DNA of 64,000 bases from Callorhinchus milii (taxonomy: Eukaryota), in assembly GCF_018977255.1 (NCBI RefSeq), contig NW_024704743.1:32180001-32244000 (forward strand), written 5' to 3'. The position numbers and the translations under genes were made by a program. The first letter of the stretch is position 1. Every line of letters starts with the position of its first letter. The notes beneath the pieces are model-generated. The model saw only the letters and a list, made by a program, of their open reading frames with translations, searched no databases and was not told the DNA's origin. Below are positions 37,315-50,300 of the stretch, one piece after another.

Positions 37315-39384
37315 GGAGACTTTATTTTGTGTAATCTGTTTTGGTGTTTGCTATATTTCTGAATGGATTGCCCAGCACAGCTGGTCTGTTTTGGGGACTC
37401 TATGGCAGCCAATTAGATGGCGACCCCATTGCACTTCGTGGGAAACTGGGTCAGGAGGTGGAAATATGAACCATAATCTGGTCCCAAGTCTAAAATAACA
37501 ATCCTTTAGGATGACAGGAGTGTGACTTCTGCTCATTTTGTTCAGTTGTATTGTTATTTTTGTAGCTCCAATAATACCCAAATTGCATTATACAAATGCG
37601 TTCAGCTGGAGAGAGCAGCCCCTTACTTAATGGATTCATTTACTTTAGTGTGTCTCATGCTTGCAATATTTTATTCATTGGAATTTGCTCACAAAACAGA
37701 CGCTATGTTTTGCGGTACTGAATATTCTGTGAAGCACTTTGCTTCACAGGATATATTTGATGCGAGTATATCCTGTTCTTCTGACATGAAAAGTGCTTGA
37801 TACAAGAATTATTATCATCATTATATGGCACTGAACCTCGGAGCTGGGGAGCAGTTAAACAAAAGCAACAAAATAAATTCTCAGCCAGTGGAGTAGAAGG
37901 GATTCTACAACTGGTCTTAGCCACTCCCTCACCCACTGAATTAGGGAGGGGAAAGTCAAGATCTGATGTGTACCTGTTTTCTTTAAATCCATGAAACACT
38001 GTCCCTGAGTTAAGCCCCATCAGGACAGGGGAAAGAATTTCTCTTTTGCATCATCCTTTGCAATGTAGTAAATCAGACTTTTCTTCCACTCCATTTTTGT
38101 TTCTCTTTAAGTATTTTAGTCAGGGACAGCTTCAGATTTTATTTCTTTGCAAAAGAAAGATCTTGTGCTCTGTAATCTCTTAAACTGCCGGTCATATTTT
38201 GATAATCTTATCATCTAATTGGACCATTCAGAATTTTCATTCAATACTTTGATGACAGATTAAGATATCACAAAGTGTACAGTCCAAAGGGTGTTAAAAT
38301 GCAAAGGGTCAAACTAAATGCAAAGAAGATGCCTGTATACAATAATAAAGTTGATATATTCCCATGAGAACTCCCGTATTCATATTTATTTTGGACTTAT
38401 TTTGAAATTGTCAGTTTCACTGCTGCAAAAAACACATAGACAAATTAAAGGATCCTGATCACTGCAGAGATTTTTCAAAGAAATTTTTGTCACAAAAATA
38501 AGTACCCATTTCCTGCAGTTCTGCAGCTCTTGATTTCATTATTTATGATCCCAACCCAGATCCCATCCTCTGTAGTACATCTCTTTGGTGAGATATTTTA
38601 TTGTAATTGGGGAGTGAGTGAGCAATTGATTGAGTTGGGCTTTATTCTTGGCTTGCTGAATCATGTCCATTTGCATAAATCTATTTTGCCAAAGCATTGG
38701 TTGAATTCCTGAGGAAAAACCATGGAAATCCTTAAAAGTCCAAGATAGAAAGAGGTTCTCCCCCTCCCTCCCCCACACCTTGCATCACACACAACACACA
38801 GAATAATCTTCTCTCCTGAAGCCATTTTCTTATGGTTGGGTACAGTCCTGTGAACGACTGATTTGCTGTGTGAACCTTGCTTCTTGGTGTCAACAGGGTA
38901 TTTGATCATGAAGATCCCACTAGCCTGGTAGTTTGCTGGCAGTGCTTCCTGGCTCAGTACCATATAAAGTGAGTCATTTACTTGATGTAACATTGGGGAG
39001 GAAAGCACAAGGACAAGGTCCTGATTGCCAAAGACTTGGGAATTATTGTTGCATTTTGTCCATGAGCACAATTGCTGTTTTCAGATCTTTGGAGAGTGAT
39101 GCACAGTGGTAATTTTTATGACATACAGGACAATTATGCCAAATTCTAATGTAATATTTCTAATGGGGTTCCTGAATAATACGTTTGAGTTGCAAACGGG
39201 GACTCGGTTATTTAACAAGAAGTATGTGACCTTGAAACATTGGGCCCATTCCCTTTCTCCCTTGCTCAGCAAGCAACCCCGACACTATGCAGCACCACAT
39301 TATCCTATGGAAGTATGCTATATAAATGCAAGTTATTGTCATTGTATGTTGTATGAGAATGGAGTTCGGACATGTTGTGAGACA

Positions 39385-39680
39385 CACCTCCACTTCTCAG
39401 ATGGAGTCCTTCTCCAGGACCACTGCTGACCTGACAGAATGTCTGTCACACATCAAGTCCTGAATGAGAGCCAACTTTCTTCAGTTGAACGTCAACAAGT
39501 CCGAGGCTCTCCTGATTGGCTCCCGTAAGCGCCTCCTCACCTCAGGCGCTGACAGCATCACCATCCATGGTTGCACACCCCACCTTGCTAAGCCAGTCTG
39601 GAACCTTGGCATCTTGTTTGACCCTCAACTATCCTTTCTACCCCACATCTGCGCCATGACCCACTCTGCCTTCCCCCACG
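39385..39680 (+). mobile_element. L2 LINE RT fragment
   Basis: MRANFLQLNVNKSEALLIG...NLGILFDPQLSF. Confidence 0.85.
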
Positions 39681-40404
39681 TGGCTGACAGTACGTTTATT
39701 AGAAAGAGTAGAGAAAGCAGAAGACAGTGTGGAGAACAAGCGTAACACAATCTAGAAACTGTATTACACGTGTCCTAAACTTGAATTTGATACACAACAA
39801 CTTGCATTCATATATTTATCACATTATCACATTGTCGATTGTCTATGTTTCATAGGATTTTTACAATGAAAGTGAGTTTAGCAGCAAGCATTTTAATGGC
39901 AAAACATCCATATGTACATACACTGGAATCTAAATTGAATATAGATACAGAGATAGATAAAGAGGGAGGTAGGAAAGGGCCCAGAGGTCCATCAACTCTG
40001 CTCCTGGGAGAATGCCCCCAATTCCAGCTCTCACACAATGGCATCCCTGGTACTGGCACTCAGTCCACTTCTAGGATTGGCCAAAACCAGAGAAACCCCA
40101 AAATAAAATCCATGGCCAATTTGAGGTTTTATTTAATCTCAGCTTCTTTGTTCAACTCCTTAATGTCTATACCACTGATTCCAAAATGATCTCATGACAT
40201 CACAAGGATTCACAAATTCTAAATATGACCCATAATTTGATTTTAAGCACAAAATGACTACTCATTTTGCAATGTTTGGGAACTGATTGTTGGTTTAGAA
40301 TTTGGTGCAGTAAGGTTGTTTCCAGGTACTATCTAAATCTCTGTTCAATTGCTTTCTATTGTCACACATACATTTTTGGTTATTTTATGAATTAGTCAGT
40401 CATT

Positions 40405-40771
40405 TAATAATAATAACAATTCTTGCATTTGGAATAGCATCATATCATGTCACTGAGATGTCTCAAAGCGCTTCACAGAATATATTGTAAAGTGGATTGA
40501 CTGTGTATTTTGTGGTTGAAACACAGCAGCCAGTTGCACACAGCAGAGCCCCACAAACAGTCGTGGATTGAGTGACCAATTTTTTGGGGAGGAATTATTA
40601 GCGCCGGAAGGCGATCCGCCAATCGACCAGCAGTCGGATTCCTACGTGCTGCTAGGTAAACAGAGACGTCTGGAGTAAGGAAACTTGCCTAAGATTTCGC
40701 CCTGCCTGGGAATCGAACCCGTGTCCTCTCGCTTGAGAGGCTAGCGCGCTCACCAATACACTATGGGATTC
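40405..40771 (-). mobile_element. SINE family B (long form, variant head)
   Basis: Reverse strand carries CTCTGTTTACCTAGCAGC segment, B-box GGGTTCGATTCCC and (ATT)n tail. Confidence 0.88.
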
Positions 40772-43700
40772 ATTGCTATTTATGAGATACTGTACCAATG
40801 ATTCAAATTAGAGGATATATTTGCCTGCTTAACAACATAGTTCAAAGTAACTTGCTGACAAAGTGCTTTGAGGCAGTGATATTTTAAATATCAAGAGTTT
40901 ATACTTAAATGATACGTCAATGCTCCCAACATCAGTAAACTCCCATGTACTCTCGCAGCATTTGATTGTTTTTATGTAATCCTCAAATCCAATCCTGTCT
41001 CACCCATTCATTCACTTCATTGCAAAAGTATTAATCCACACAGCATAACTGCATTATTTGTGATTGTCAAATATCCATACCATCGGGGTGTGGGGGAGGT
41101 GGAGAAAAATAAAAATTCTTAATTGCCCTAAGACTCGCTTGAGACTTTTTTTGTATTTGCATTGTATAGTTCTTCATTAGTGCTTAAAGTTAAATAACTT
41201 GCTTGCATACAGTTTACCCATTCCTTTCAACATTTCGAGAACCTAGAACATGTCTCTTCTTTTGCTTTTTACAATGAAGACAAGCTCAGCTCTTCAAATC
41301 TCCTCTCCATCAAGACTTATCTGTTTTACTCTCTGTCAGCTTTTTTTGAAGAGAAGATGCTCAAAATTGGATGAAATGTTCCGAATGTGGTCTCATTGGT
41401 CACCTATATAAGCCTCAAATAACTTGCTTGAACTTGTAGTTCAATACTCTTGAGGTGACGTTCTGATATGCAACTAATAATTACTTCACTGGATGTTTTC
41501 GGTGAATAGTCATCCCAAATGTTTTCCCACATTTGCTAATGGATACGTATTCATTGTGTATCTGGTTTCCATTCCATTATGCATAGCTATATCCATTGAA
41601 GTCTGTTTACTATCTATTTAATTGATCTAAATCCCCTTGAATGCTTTCAATCATTTAATTTGTCAGCATCTGTAATGGCCACATTAGCAAATCTTAGGTT
41701 GTATTACAGTATTATAAGAAGCATTGCCCTCACTGATATGAACGGAGGACCCAGAGCAGACCCCTCCCTGTCTGAAGTTTGTCGTCACTCCTCCCTACCC
41801 AAACCTCAGCAGAATGTTTTCCATTTATTATCTTTCTATTGTTAAATCCGTCTTCATTCTAATTAGTTAATTGATCCATGAATTAAAGAAATCTTAAGGA
41901 ATTTCCATGTGGATTACATTGACTGAAATGCGTGTCGATCAATTTACACTCTCCCCATAGCATTTCAGATTTTGAAGAACAGCCTGTGCTTCTAAATCCA
42001 TACTGACTCCTTCTTTTGGGTCATAAGGGACAGCAACATTTACGGAGTTCCATAAAACTAATTCAACCCTGTAATAACATGTCCTCTAAATCCAATCTCT
42101 CAGAGACTGTGTTATAAGCAAAATGTGAAAAAAGCTGACTTCCACGTCACCATTGATGTCACTTCCGGCACACTTGTCCAATACTCAAGAAGCACTGCTG
42201 CCGTCACTGCCTTCACAAAGTGACATCAGTGATGCTTGCTTCACATTGCCTGCAACTTGCAAGATGTGGCATCAACAGCAACCTGGTTCCGTGAAAATTG
42301 GCCATTTCTTTAGGCGTTGAGTCCACTGGAAGCAGAAAGTACTATGCTCTGGTTAATGCAGGTCCACAGGATACCACTGCTGTAAGCGAAGCAGTGCTAC
42401 ACCTGAGATGTTGTAACCGGTTCTGCGGTTTGTTTATGTTGCCTCCATTTGGTGAAATAAATACATTCTATTTTGTACATTGAAGTTGAGGTGTGGGAGT
42501 GGTGGGTGATGGTACATTGTAAACCAGTTGGAACATCTATGCTCACCAGAGTCATCCTCGAGGTGGTGCAACACTAGTATTCCTTACCCTCTTGCTCTCC
42601 TATCAATGGGCAGGGGTGTAATGAGCAGGATACTTTTGGTAATTGCAGAGCAATAAAACAACTTGAAATCTTATTACCATGGTTTACCATGTTTGCTAAC
42701 CAAGGTTTATCATGTTTGCAAACCAAGGTAGCTGCAACAGAGTTTTGTATTTAATAAAGTGCAGCCTGAATATTGGACAGTGGCTGAAGGGATACATATA
42801 ATAGTAGTGATCCTCGATGAAAGTTTTGTTTTAGATAGAAAACGGTCCCTGGGCTATTCACAGCAGACGCTTCCTACACCTGTAGTTAAATGTAAATGTT
42901 TTTCTTTCCCAAACATTTTACAGGAAATTGGCAAAGGAAGTATTTGTTCAGCAACTTTATGTATCAATTTAACCACTGAAACAAGAATCTCATTGTTCAC
43001 GAAGCTTAAAGGCAGTAATCTGGCCTACCATTCTTAGCACTGAGAGGATTGAAGTTCAGCAAAGTGAGACAATCTTGGACAATGTGAAGGAAAGTTTATT
43101 AGGAGGCTTCCTGTTGATCAGTGAACGCACATGTGGCAGGGATTCTGAGCACTTCATTGTTTCCATAGCCGCACATAGAAAGCGGGATATTGGTACAGGT
43201 TGTGTCTGCGATATTGATCTCACATCCTGAACCTTTGAACTGTTGATTTATGAACAGAACTGCCCAAGATAAAGGGTCAGGGTTTGTCGGGTGATGCCTT
43301 GTTTCAGTGTGCACACCGTGTGGGTGTGTATGTTTGTGCAGAGATCGAGGTTGTAGATTTGACAATTTTTATTTTTAATTTAAACTTAAAATTGAGATTT
43401 TAAGTGACCACATCTAAAAAGGAGGTTTCTAATATGATCCACTTCTTGAAGTGGGATTAATAAAGATGGCCTTAAGGGATTTGGAAGTACACATGTTTGT
43501 CTTAAGTTGGATGAAGTCAAGGCATGCTTTGCTTTCAGAACACATGTTCTATTGCTTAATTCCCACTGTAAATCTGTAAAAATATAACGTTGACGACCTA
43601 GGAGGAAAATATTGCTTCCTCTTCAGGTGTAGTTGTTTTACCCTTCTGTGTCCCTCTTGAATATTGCGAATCAATTGGCAGCATAATTTGAAAAATCATA

Positions 43701-44269
43701 GTGGCATCCAAAACATTTTTCTATTTGATATGACTCGCGGTCTCTTTAGGTGGAGGGGCGGCAACACATCTTAGTACCTTAAGAATCTGGAGCACAGAGC
43801 AGCTTCACTGGTGTTGTGCAGTTTATGGACTGTGAGCTCTCTGATTTAAAGTTTAATATATGTTTGCTGGTCGCAGCTGGGCTGCATGGCTAAATTGGCC
43901 TTCGCCTTCCCAAGGTCAGAGAGGGGAAAGCCAGCACATCTCTGCTCCTTGTTCCTCTATTGGTTGTGTGTCTGGGGGGAGAGGGGCAACCGGGAGCGGA
44001 GAGATCAGGCTCAGCTGTGACCCTGTTCTCCCTAAAATCAAGCGATGCTCCCAACACTCACTGTTAAAGTCACACAACCTTTAATGTCCACCTAAACAGT
44101 GGCCACTTGGGTGAAATATCAGAGGCTGATCAATGCACATGGAATTGCAGCCCAGCATGACAAGGCTGGAGACCAGTAACAGGGTTATTTTTCTTATGAC
44201 AATGAGGAGAATATTAGAAAAATTATTGAATGCTCAAATATTTTATATTTATATCAAATACTCAAATCC

Positions 44270-44692
44270 TCGCATTTAATATGGCATTTTATCATTTCAT
44301 TGAACATTTCAAAGCAATTAATAGGATTTATTCCAAAGTATATTTGCAGGCAAATGTAGAATCCAATTTGCACAAAGTAATGTCCCACAAATTTTAATCT
44401 GGGGTATTTTTGGCCAGGACATTAGGAGAAACACTTTTTTTTCTAAATGTGTCGAGGGATCTAACGCCTTACCTGAGCAAGCAGGTGGGACATCTCATCT
44501 GAAGGACGGCATCTTTAACAATGTTACGCTGTGAGTGTGACTGTGTGTGTGAGGATGCGTGTAGGGTGTGTGGTGGTGGGGGGTTATGTGTGTGTGTGTG
44601 CCTGCACTGAAGTGTCAGCCTGGACTGTGAGCTCAAAGTCATGAAGTGGTGCTTGAACCCACAACCTTCTGAATCAGAGGCAGGCTGACACC
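44270..44692 (-). mobile_element. DeuSINE-like element with internal (TG)n
   Basis: ggccaggaca...catctcatctgaaggacggca...ttgaacccacaaccttctga. Confidence 0.7.
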
Positions 44693-47049
44693 TAAATAAA
44701 TCTGCAGCATGTGTGCTGCATTCAGGCCTCCTTTGTAAATATCAGCTTGTAGCCGCCAGGTGAAACAACACAGTTCTTCCTCTTGGCTTCTTGGGAATTG
44801 TATAGGAGGATTTTATTCAGAGAGTGTCTGTAGTCTAACTTAGCCATTAATTGTGCCTGCAAGGCCTAGACTACTATAGAGCACATGTTTACATAATATT
44901 TTAAGATATGTAGGTTATTTTGGGAAGGTCATATTCTGTTGTTTTCCTTGTGTATTGTAAGCCCTATCAGCAGAATCTGACGCTACATTGTTGTTGAGTT
45001 CTGTAATATCCTTGGGGTAGAGGGAGGAGGAATATCCTTGGGTCAAAGTGTTGTGGATGCATTTCACTTACACTGTAGGGAACATTATGCAGCACCGGGA
45101 GGAACAAACAAACTCCAGGCGTGATGGTTGGAAGTCCCTTTAGATTGCAACCACTGGACCTTCCCTGGCCTTACTGTAGCTGATTAGTATCCCGAGGCCT
45201 GTGAGGGTGGACTAGCAGAGTTGTTGTTCTGGAGGCCACATGTATCTAGCTGTTGTAAGCAGTACTTACTCGAATGAGATTGTGAAAAATGTCTCTTTCA
45301 AGAGCAGTGGAGCTTCCTTTTGCCTTTGAGGTTCTACTGGCAATGTTGGGACTGCATTATGTGTAGAGGGCTCGGGCAAGGGGGGCTGAGGGTTGGGTCT
45401 CGGGCGGGGGGTGGGGGAGATGGAAACTAATTTTTCAACAAGAATTTTAAAGCTGATGCAGTAGATTGGCAACCTATTGGGTGAAGCTAGTCTGTCCTTT
45501 CATAACATTAAAAAGGAGAAAGTGAAACAACAAAAATTGTTATAAATCCCCATTCTGCCAATGTTAGTGTTTGCTTATGAAGAAAAGCTGCAGAGAGTAA
45601 ATGTAACGGAGACTGACTGGTTCATTGGCGATCAGTTGGCATCATGACTTAAGTCTTGCTGTAGAGCCGTTGGCGTTCTCACTGGTGTTTATTTCTTCAG
45701 CTAAAATCTCATTTACGTGCCCTGCAATTTTGTATGAATCATGCGGATGTTTGTGTTCTTCACAGTCCCATGTTAAGACAATGTTTGTGAGCTGAGGCTT
45801 CAATTAAATCTGGCATTTCCTGATAACTAAAAGGATAAATATGGTACCAATGTTCACTGTCTGGATTTACGGCTGCACCATTTTCCCTGCTGATGACATT
45901 AATTTCTCCCCGAGACACAGTTTAGAATCATTAAAACTGATACACTTATGAGAACAGTTTTTTGCTCACAAACTGTTGCATATCTTCATAGGGAACTGCT
46001 CAAGTGTAGCAGTCAGTTGAAAATGCCATATCTAGTGAGTCAGGTTCACAAGTTTTTTTTTGGAGAGGGAAGGAAAAGGAAAAATCCTAGCAGATTATTT
46101 GCAAAATTCTACAAGTGCATTGCTGTTAGGAATGGTGTTGTTTCCACCATGTGTACTCTGATTTTTGTGTGGAGGAAGGAGATGGAAAAGATTTGGATGC
46201 GAAGAGGAAATATAATACAATACAAAATTACATTTATAAAGCGCCTTTCACGTCGGAAGGATGTCCCAAGGTACTGAACAGTTAGAAATGAGGAGGAAGA
46301 GAAGAGGAAATGAGGATATAATGACATCTCAAAACGCTTCTCAGAATATATTGTAAAGTGGATTTACTGTGTATTTTGTTGGAGAAACATGCTTTAATCA
46401 TCCCTAGCCCAGGGGCATTGAGAACAACTGTAATGCACCAAGAGCTGTCTTGGGACATGCTCCCGACATGAAAGGTGCTATACAAATGTAATTTTGTTGT
46501 TGTTGTGTTGTCTTGCACAGATTGCTTACTATCTCAGTCATCAGAGGAAAGATCGTATTATTTTTATAAACATTTAGTCTGTCAAATTATTTTTCTAATT
46601 TTCTTCCAACTTGTGGATGCCTCTCTGCTCCTGCTCCTCAGCGTGCTCTTGCTGGAGTGCAGTTTTCTTGACACCGGTTGTTCTCCTACGTACCACCCAA
46701 CTGGCCATTGCTCATGTATGAGCCTTGGCAGTGAGTGTCAGCAGGTCACTCAACTGTAAAGGACGTCACAACTGAAACTGACCTCTTCTTACTTAGCTGC
46801 TACCAGTACAAGATGCTGAAGAGGGACAAAGAGCAGGAACCCTGTCTAAATTTACCCCTCCCTATCCCTGGGACGGTCAGGTCCAATTTAAACTCCCATT
46901 GCGGATCCCTGGACAAGACCAGCAAAACTCTAGTTATTTGCTTTTTTATCCACCCTCGTGCTTCTACGGTTTCAGTTCAGCTTTAACTGTGATCAGATTT
47001 TCATGGCAGTATATTATCAAACGCTTTCCAGTCTAAACATTTATAGACA

Positions 47050-47350
47050 TTCAAAGTGCATTGTTGGGAGAGCGCTGCATTGTCAGAGGTGCTATCTTTA
47101 GGATGAAACCAAGGTCCCATCTGCCTGTTCAGGTGGATGTTAAAAAAACAATAACACCACTCAAAAAGAGAAGGGAGTTTATTCCAGTGTCCTGGTAACA
47201 ATTCTCAGAGAAATGCAATTGTGGGACATTACTATGCACCAATTGGCTGCCTTGTTCACCTACATGGGCCCAGGCACCATACTGAATAATATTTACTTCC
47301 AGATGATTGAACATGATAAGGTGCTGTATCATATACAGAGATTATAATTA
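47050..47350 (+). mobile_element. DeuSINE-like fragment
   Basis: CCCATCTGCCTGTTCAGGTGGATGTTAAA...GTGTCCTGG. Confidence 0.72.
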
Positions 47351-50300
47351 TAATTACAGGGGCTTTTAAGTTCTGTGACTAGCAACTGATGAAAAGAATT
47401 GTTTGTTAATTACATAATTTATGTCATTTTTATTCATTATGTAATATGTACATAATGGTATCTGTAATTTCCTCAAAACACATGTGTTTGTACATGGTGC
47501 ATGATGGATCCGCTTTTGCACATGGATGGGTATTTTGGATGAGATCAAGTGGGTGGAAGGGTTTCTTCCCAGCCAATCTTGTGATCTTGAGATGAACGTC
47601 ATGTGATAAACCAACCTCATTATCATATTGTAGTTTTTCTCTCCGTGCATGGCCACTTCAATTTTATTTTGTGCCCATGATCAACATATCAATGGTACAG
47701 TATGTTTAAAACTGCAAAATACAACTTAATTAATAGTAATTTTACAAACGGGCTCAAAATGTATAATGGTCGTAATAGCAGATTGCTCAAAAGATCACCA
47801 AAGAGATTTGGGTCAAGTAGGCCATTGAGCCAATTTATTCTCATCTTTCCATAATACCCAAGAAGAACAACCACCACTTTCATTCATATTGCACTAGTTA
47901 TGTGGGTAGTGTCTCACCCTGAGGTCCCTTCATATCACAGAATTCTGTTGTCATACTACAATCTGTAGTATTTTGAACCCTGCACTCCAATCTCCTCTCC
48001 GTTAAATCACCCTTCTTGGTAACTCATTCCCGATGTTGCTTTCCCCCCCTAAAAAGAAATGTCCTAAAATTGCCATTCACAAAGTTGAACCTGTGCCATT
48101 TGGTCCTGCAGCCTTGCATAGCTAAAATATTATTCCGGGTTTATTTTATCACATTTACCAATGTGTGTATCTCTGTAAGGCATCCATAGAGATGTCTCAT
48201 TTTGAGGCATGAAAACCTAGCTCAATTAGTCCTCTTAATAGTGGGCATGAGCTTCTTTGCTTTTCTCTACTTCCAGGAAACCTTATGTTGCAGTACTTCA
48301 AGTGCATCCACCAGCATTGTAATCACGGCCTTGGGATTTTAACACAACTATATTGTGCTCTTGGGCTTGGGTGCTCTTAAGCAATGTGATGGGTTGCCGC
48401 GTGTGCGAAGACACTCGGCTGACCAAAAGGTATAGCTTTTAGGGCATTTTAGGCTCAGGATTGGCAGTGTGCGACTTGTGCAGTCGGAGATATTTCTGAA
48501 GTTTTGTGCGATCTCAACATACTGGGAATCTCACTGCGTTTAGTGTTTCTCATAACTCGTTGGACGTTTATTATACCAGCCGATGACGTGGCCCAAGAAT
48601 CTGGGCGGGAACCCATTTTCTAGCTAATCTACCAAATTCAGCACTGAGCTCAGGGGATTCCCTCGATTTTAACAGAGAGGAGATAATTTGCGGGGGGGAA
48701 AATGTTGGCAGTATTGAGAGGAAGTTTCATTTCCTAAACCTAAATTGCTGTAGTAACAGCATGGAAAGAAGCTAGGCTCTGAACCAAAAATAACTAACAA
48801 CTTCAAGTTGCCCTCCGAGGTGCTCTCAGGGAATATCCAAATTAATATTAAAACTCCTGGTTTTGTAAAACGGTAGGCGTTTATAAAACACTATCTTTTC
48901 ATAGCCTCAGTCATTTCTGTGGATTTAAGCTGTTGATTTCATAGACTGTTCAGTCTACACTCTTGCAACCTCTGGTCACTGTCTATAAGTTCATGTGGCT
49001 CTTCACAGTTTGATATACAGTTCAAATTTGGAATATATTGAAATGGAAGGCACCCAGGTGTCTTAGGCAAAACACAGACTACTCTTGACGAATTATTATT
49101 ATTATATATATAATATACATCAAATTGGTCAGGCATTTGTTTTCTGTCTCTCAGTTCACAACAGTTGATGGCCACATACAGGTTTGTGACTTTTTAGTAA
49201 ATAAACTTGGAATTTGCCGTTATAATGCCGACCGGCAGTTAAATACTGGAAATTGTTTCTCACGGACATTAGTATTGGCAATCCTGCTGGGGGGAGTGGG
49301 TGGGGGAGAGAGAGATAGTCCATTTCAGACAAATAGGAGTGCATTTCTAATCGATACATCAAGAATTCCTAAATTTAAGCCACATACATATTGGACCCAA
49401 CTGCTGCTGTGCCTGGATTAGGGCTCACTGACTGGCAGAGTTTTGTGTTTGTTTGGTTGCTATATTTTCACTATGATTACATAGAACATTACACAATGGA
49501 AATGGGCCATTCGGCCCAACTATTCCATGTCAGTATTTATACTCTACATGAGCCTCCACTCCTCATAATCCCTTCTCCTATTCCCCTCTGTTCACTTTTC
49601 TCTCATGCTTGCATCAGGTTTCCTCTTAAATACATGACTTATGAGCCCAATAAAACAACTTTATTATGAGTCCAGAATGAAATAGTAGCTTGCCTTTGCA
49701 ATCTCTGGAACTAACCTGCCTCAATCCTCCAAGCCTCAAATCACACCTGAAGACTTTCCTCTTTAGCTGTGCCTTTGGTGACCTCTCCTCTCTTTCCAGC
49801 TGAGCATCAACCCGCATTGCTGTTGAGCGCTCCAATGCTACTTGCGTGAAAGGTACCAAATAAAGGCAAATTGTTTTTGCCTTCCGTGCAGCAGGTTAAG
49901 GAGCAGAGACTGTGTTTATTGTACAAAAGAGGTTTAATGGACATCATTTGTAATTGAACTATAAACAGTGATGAATGATCCAGAAGTCAGCCATTCTCAC
50001 CCGATGAGCTGGCTGGCATGTGGGGAATGAAAGGGCGGCACCACGCATGCACAATAATAATAATATTAACAATCCTTGGATTTGATATAGCTTATTATCG
50101 CGTTGTTGAGACGTCTCAAAGCCCTTCACAGGCTATATTGAAAGTGGATCGACTGTATATTTTGTGGGCGAAATGGACAGGTTTCTGAGTGCAACCGTGT
50201 TATAAAAAACTACAGTAACAGGCATTACAATGGAGTTGCACTATTAAAGAAACTCTCTAGTAGACATGGTCAGAAAAGGTAACCAGGGGAAATTTCTTGT

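Noticed and set aside
43860..44170. GC-richer block resembling an old shark-type interspersed repeat
   Set aside because: Cannot assign a family or confirm a second clear copy from this window alone
48277..48290. Candidate KIF13A micro-exon 3 (ttccag|GAAACCTTATG...)
   Set aside because: Good acceptor and a K-P start, but no credible donor and no K.PK reading; I found no exon 3 in the window by eye, though a very short exon could be missed
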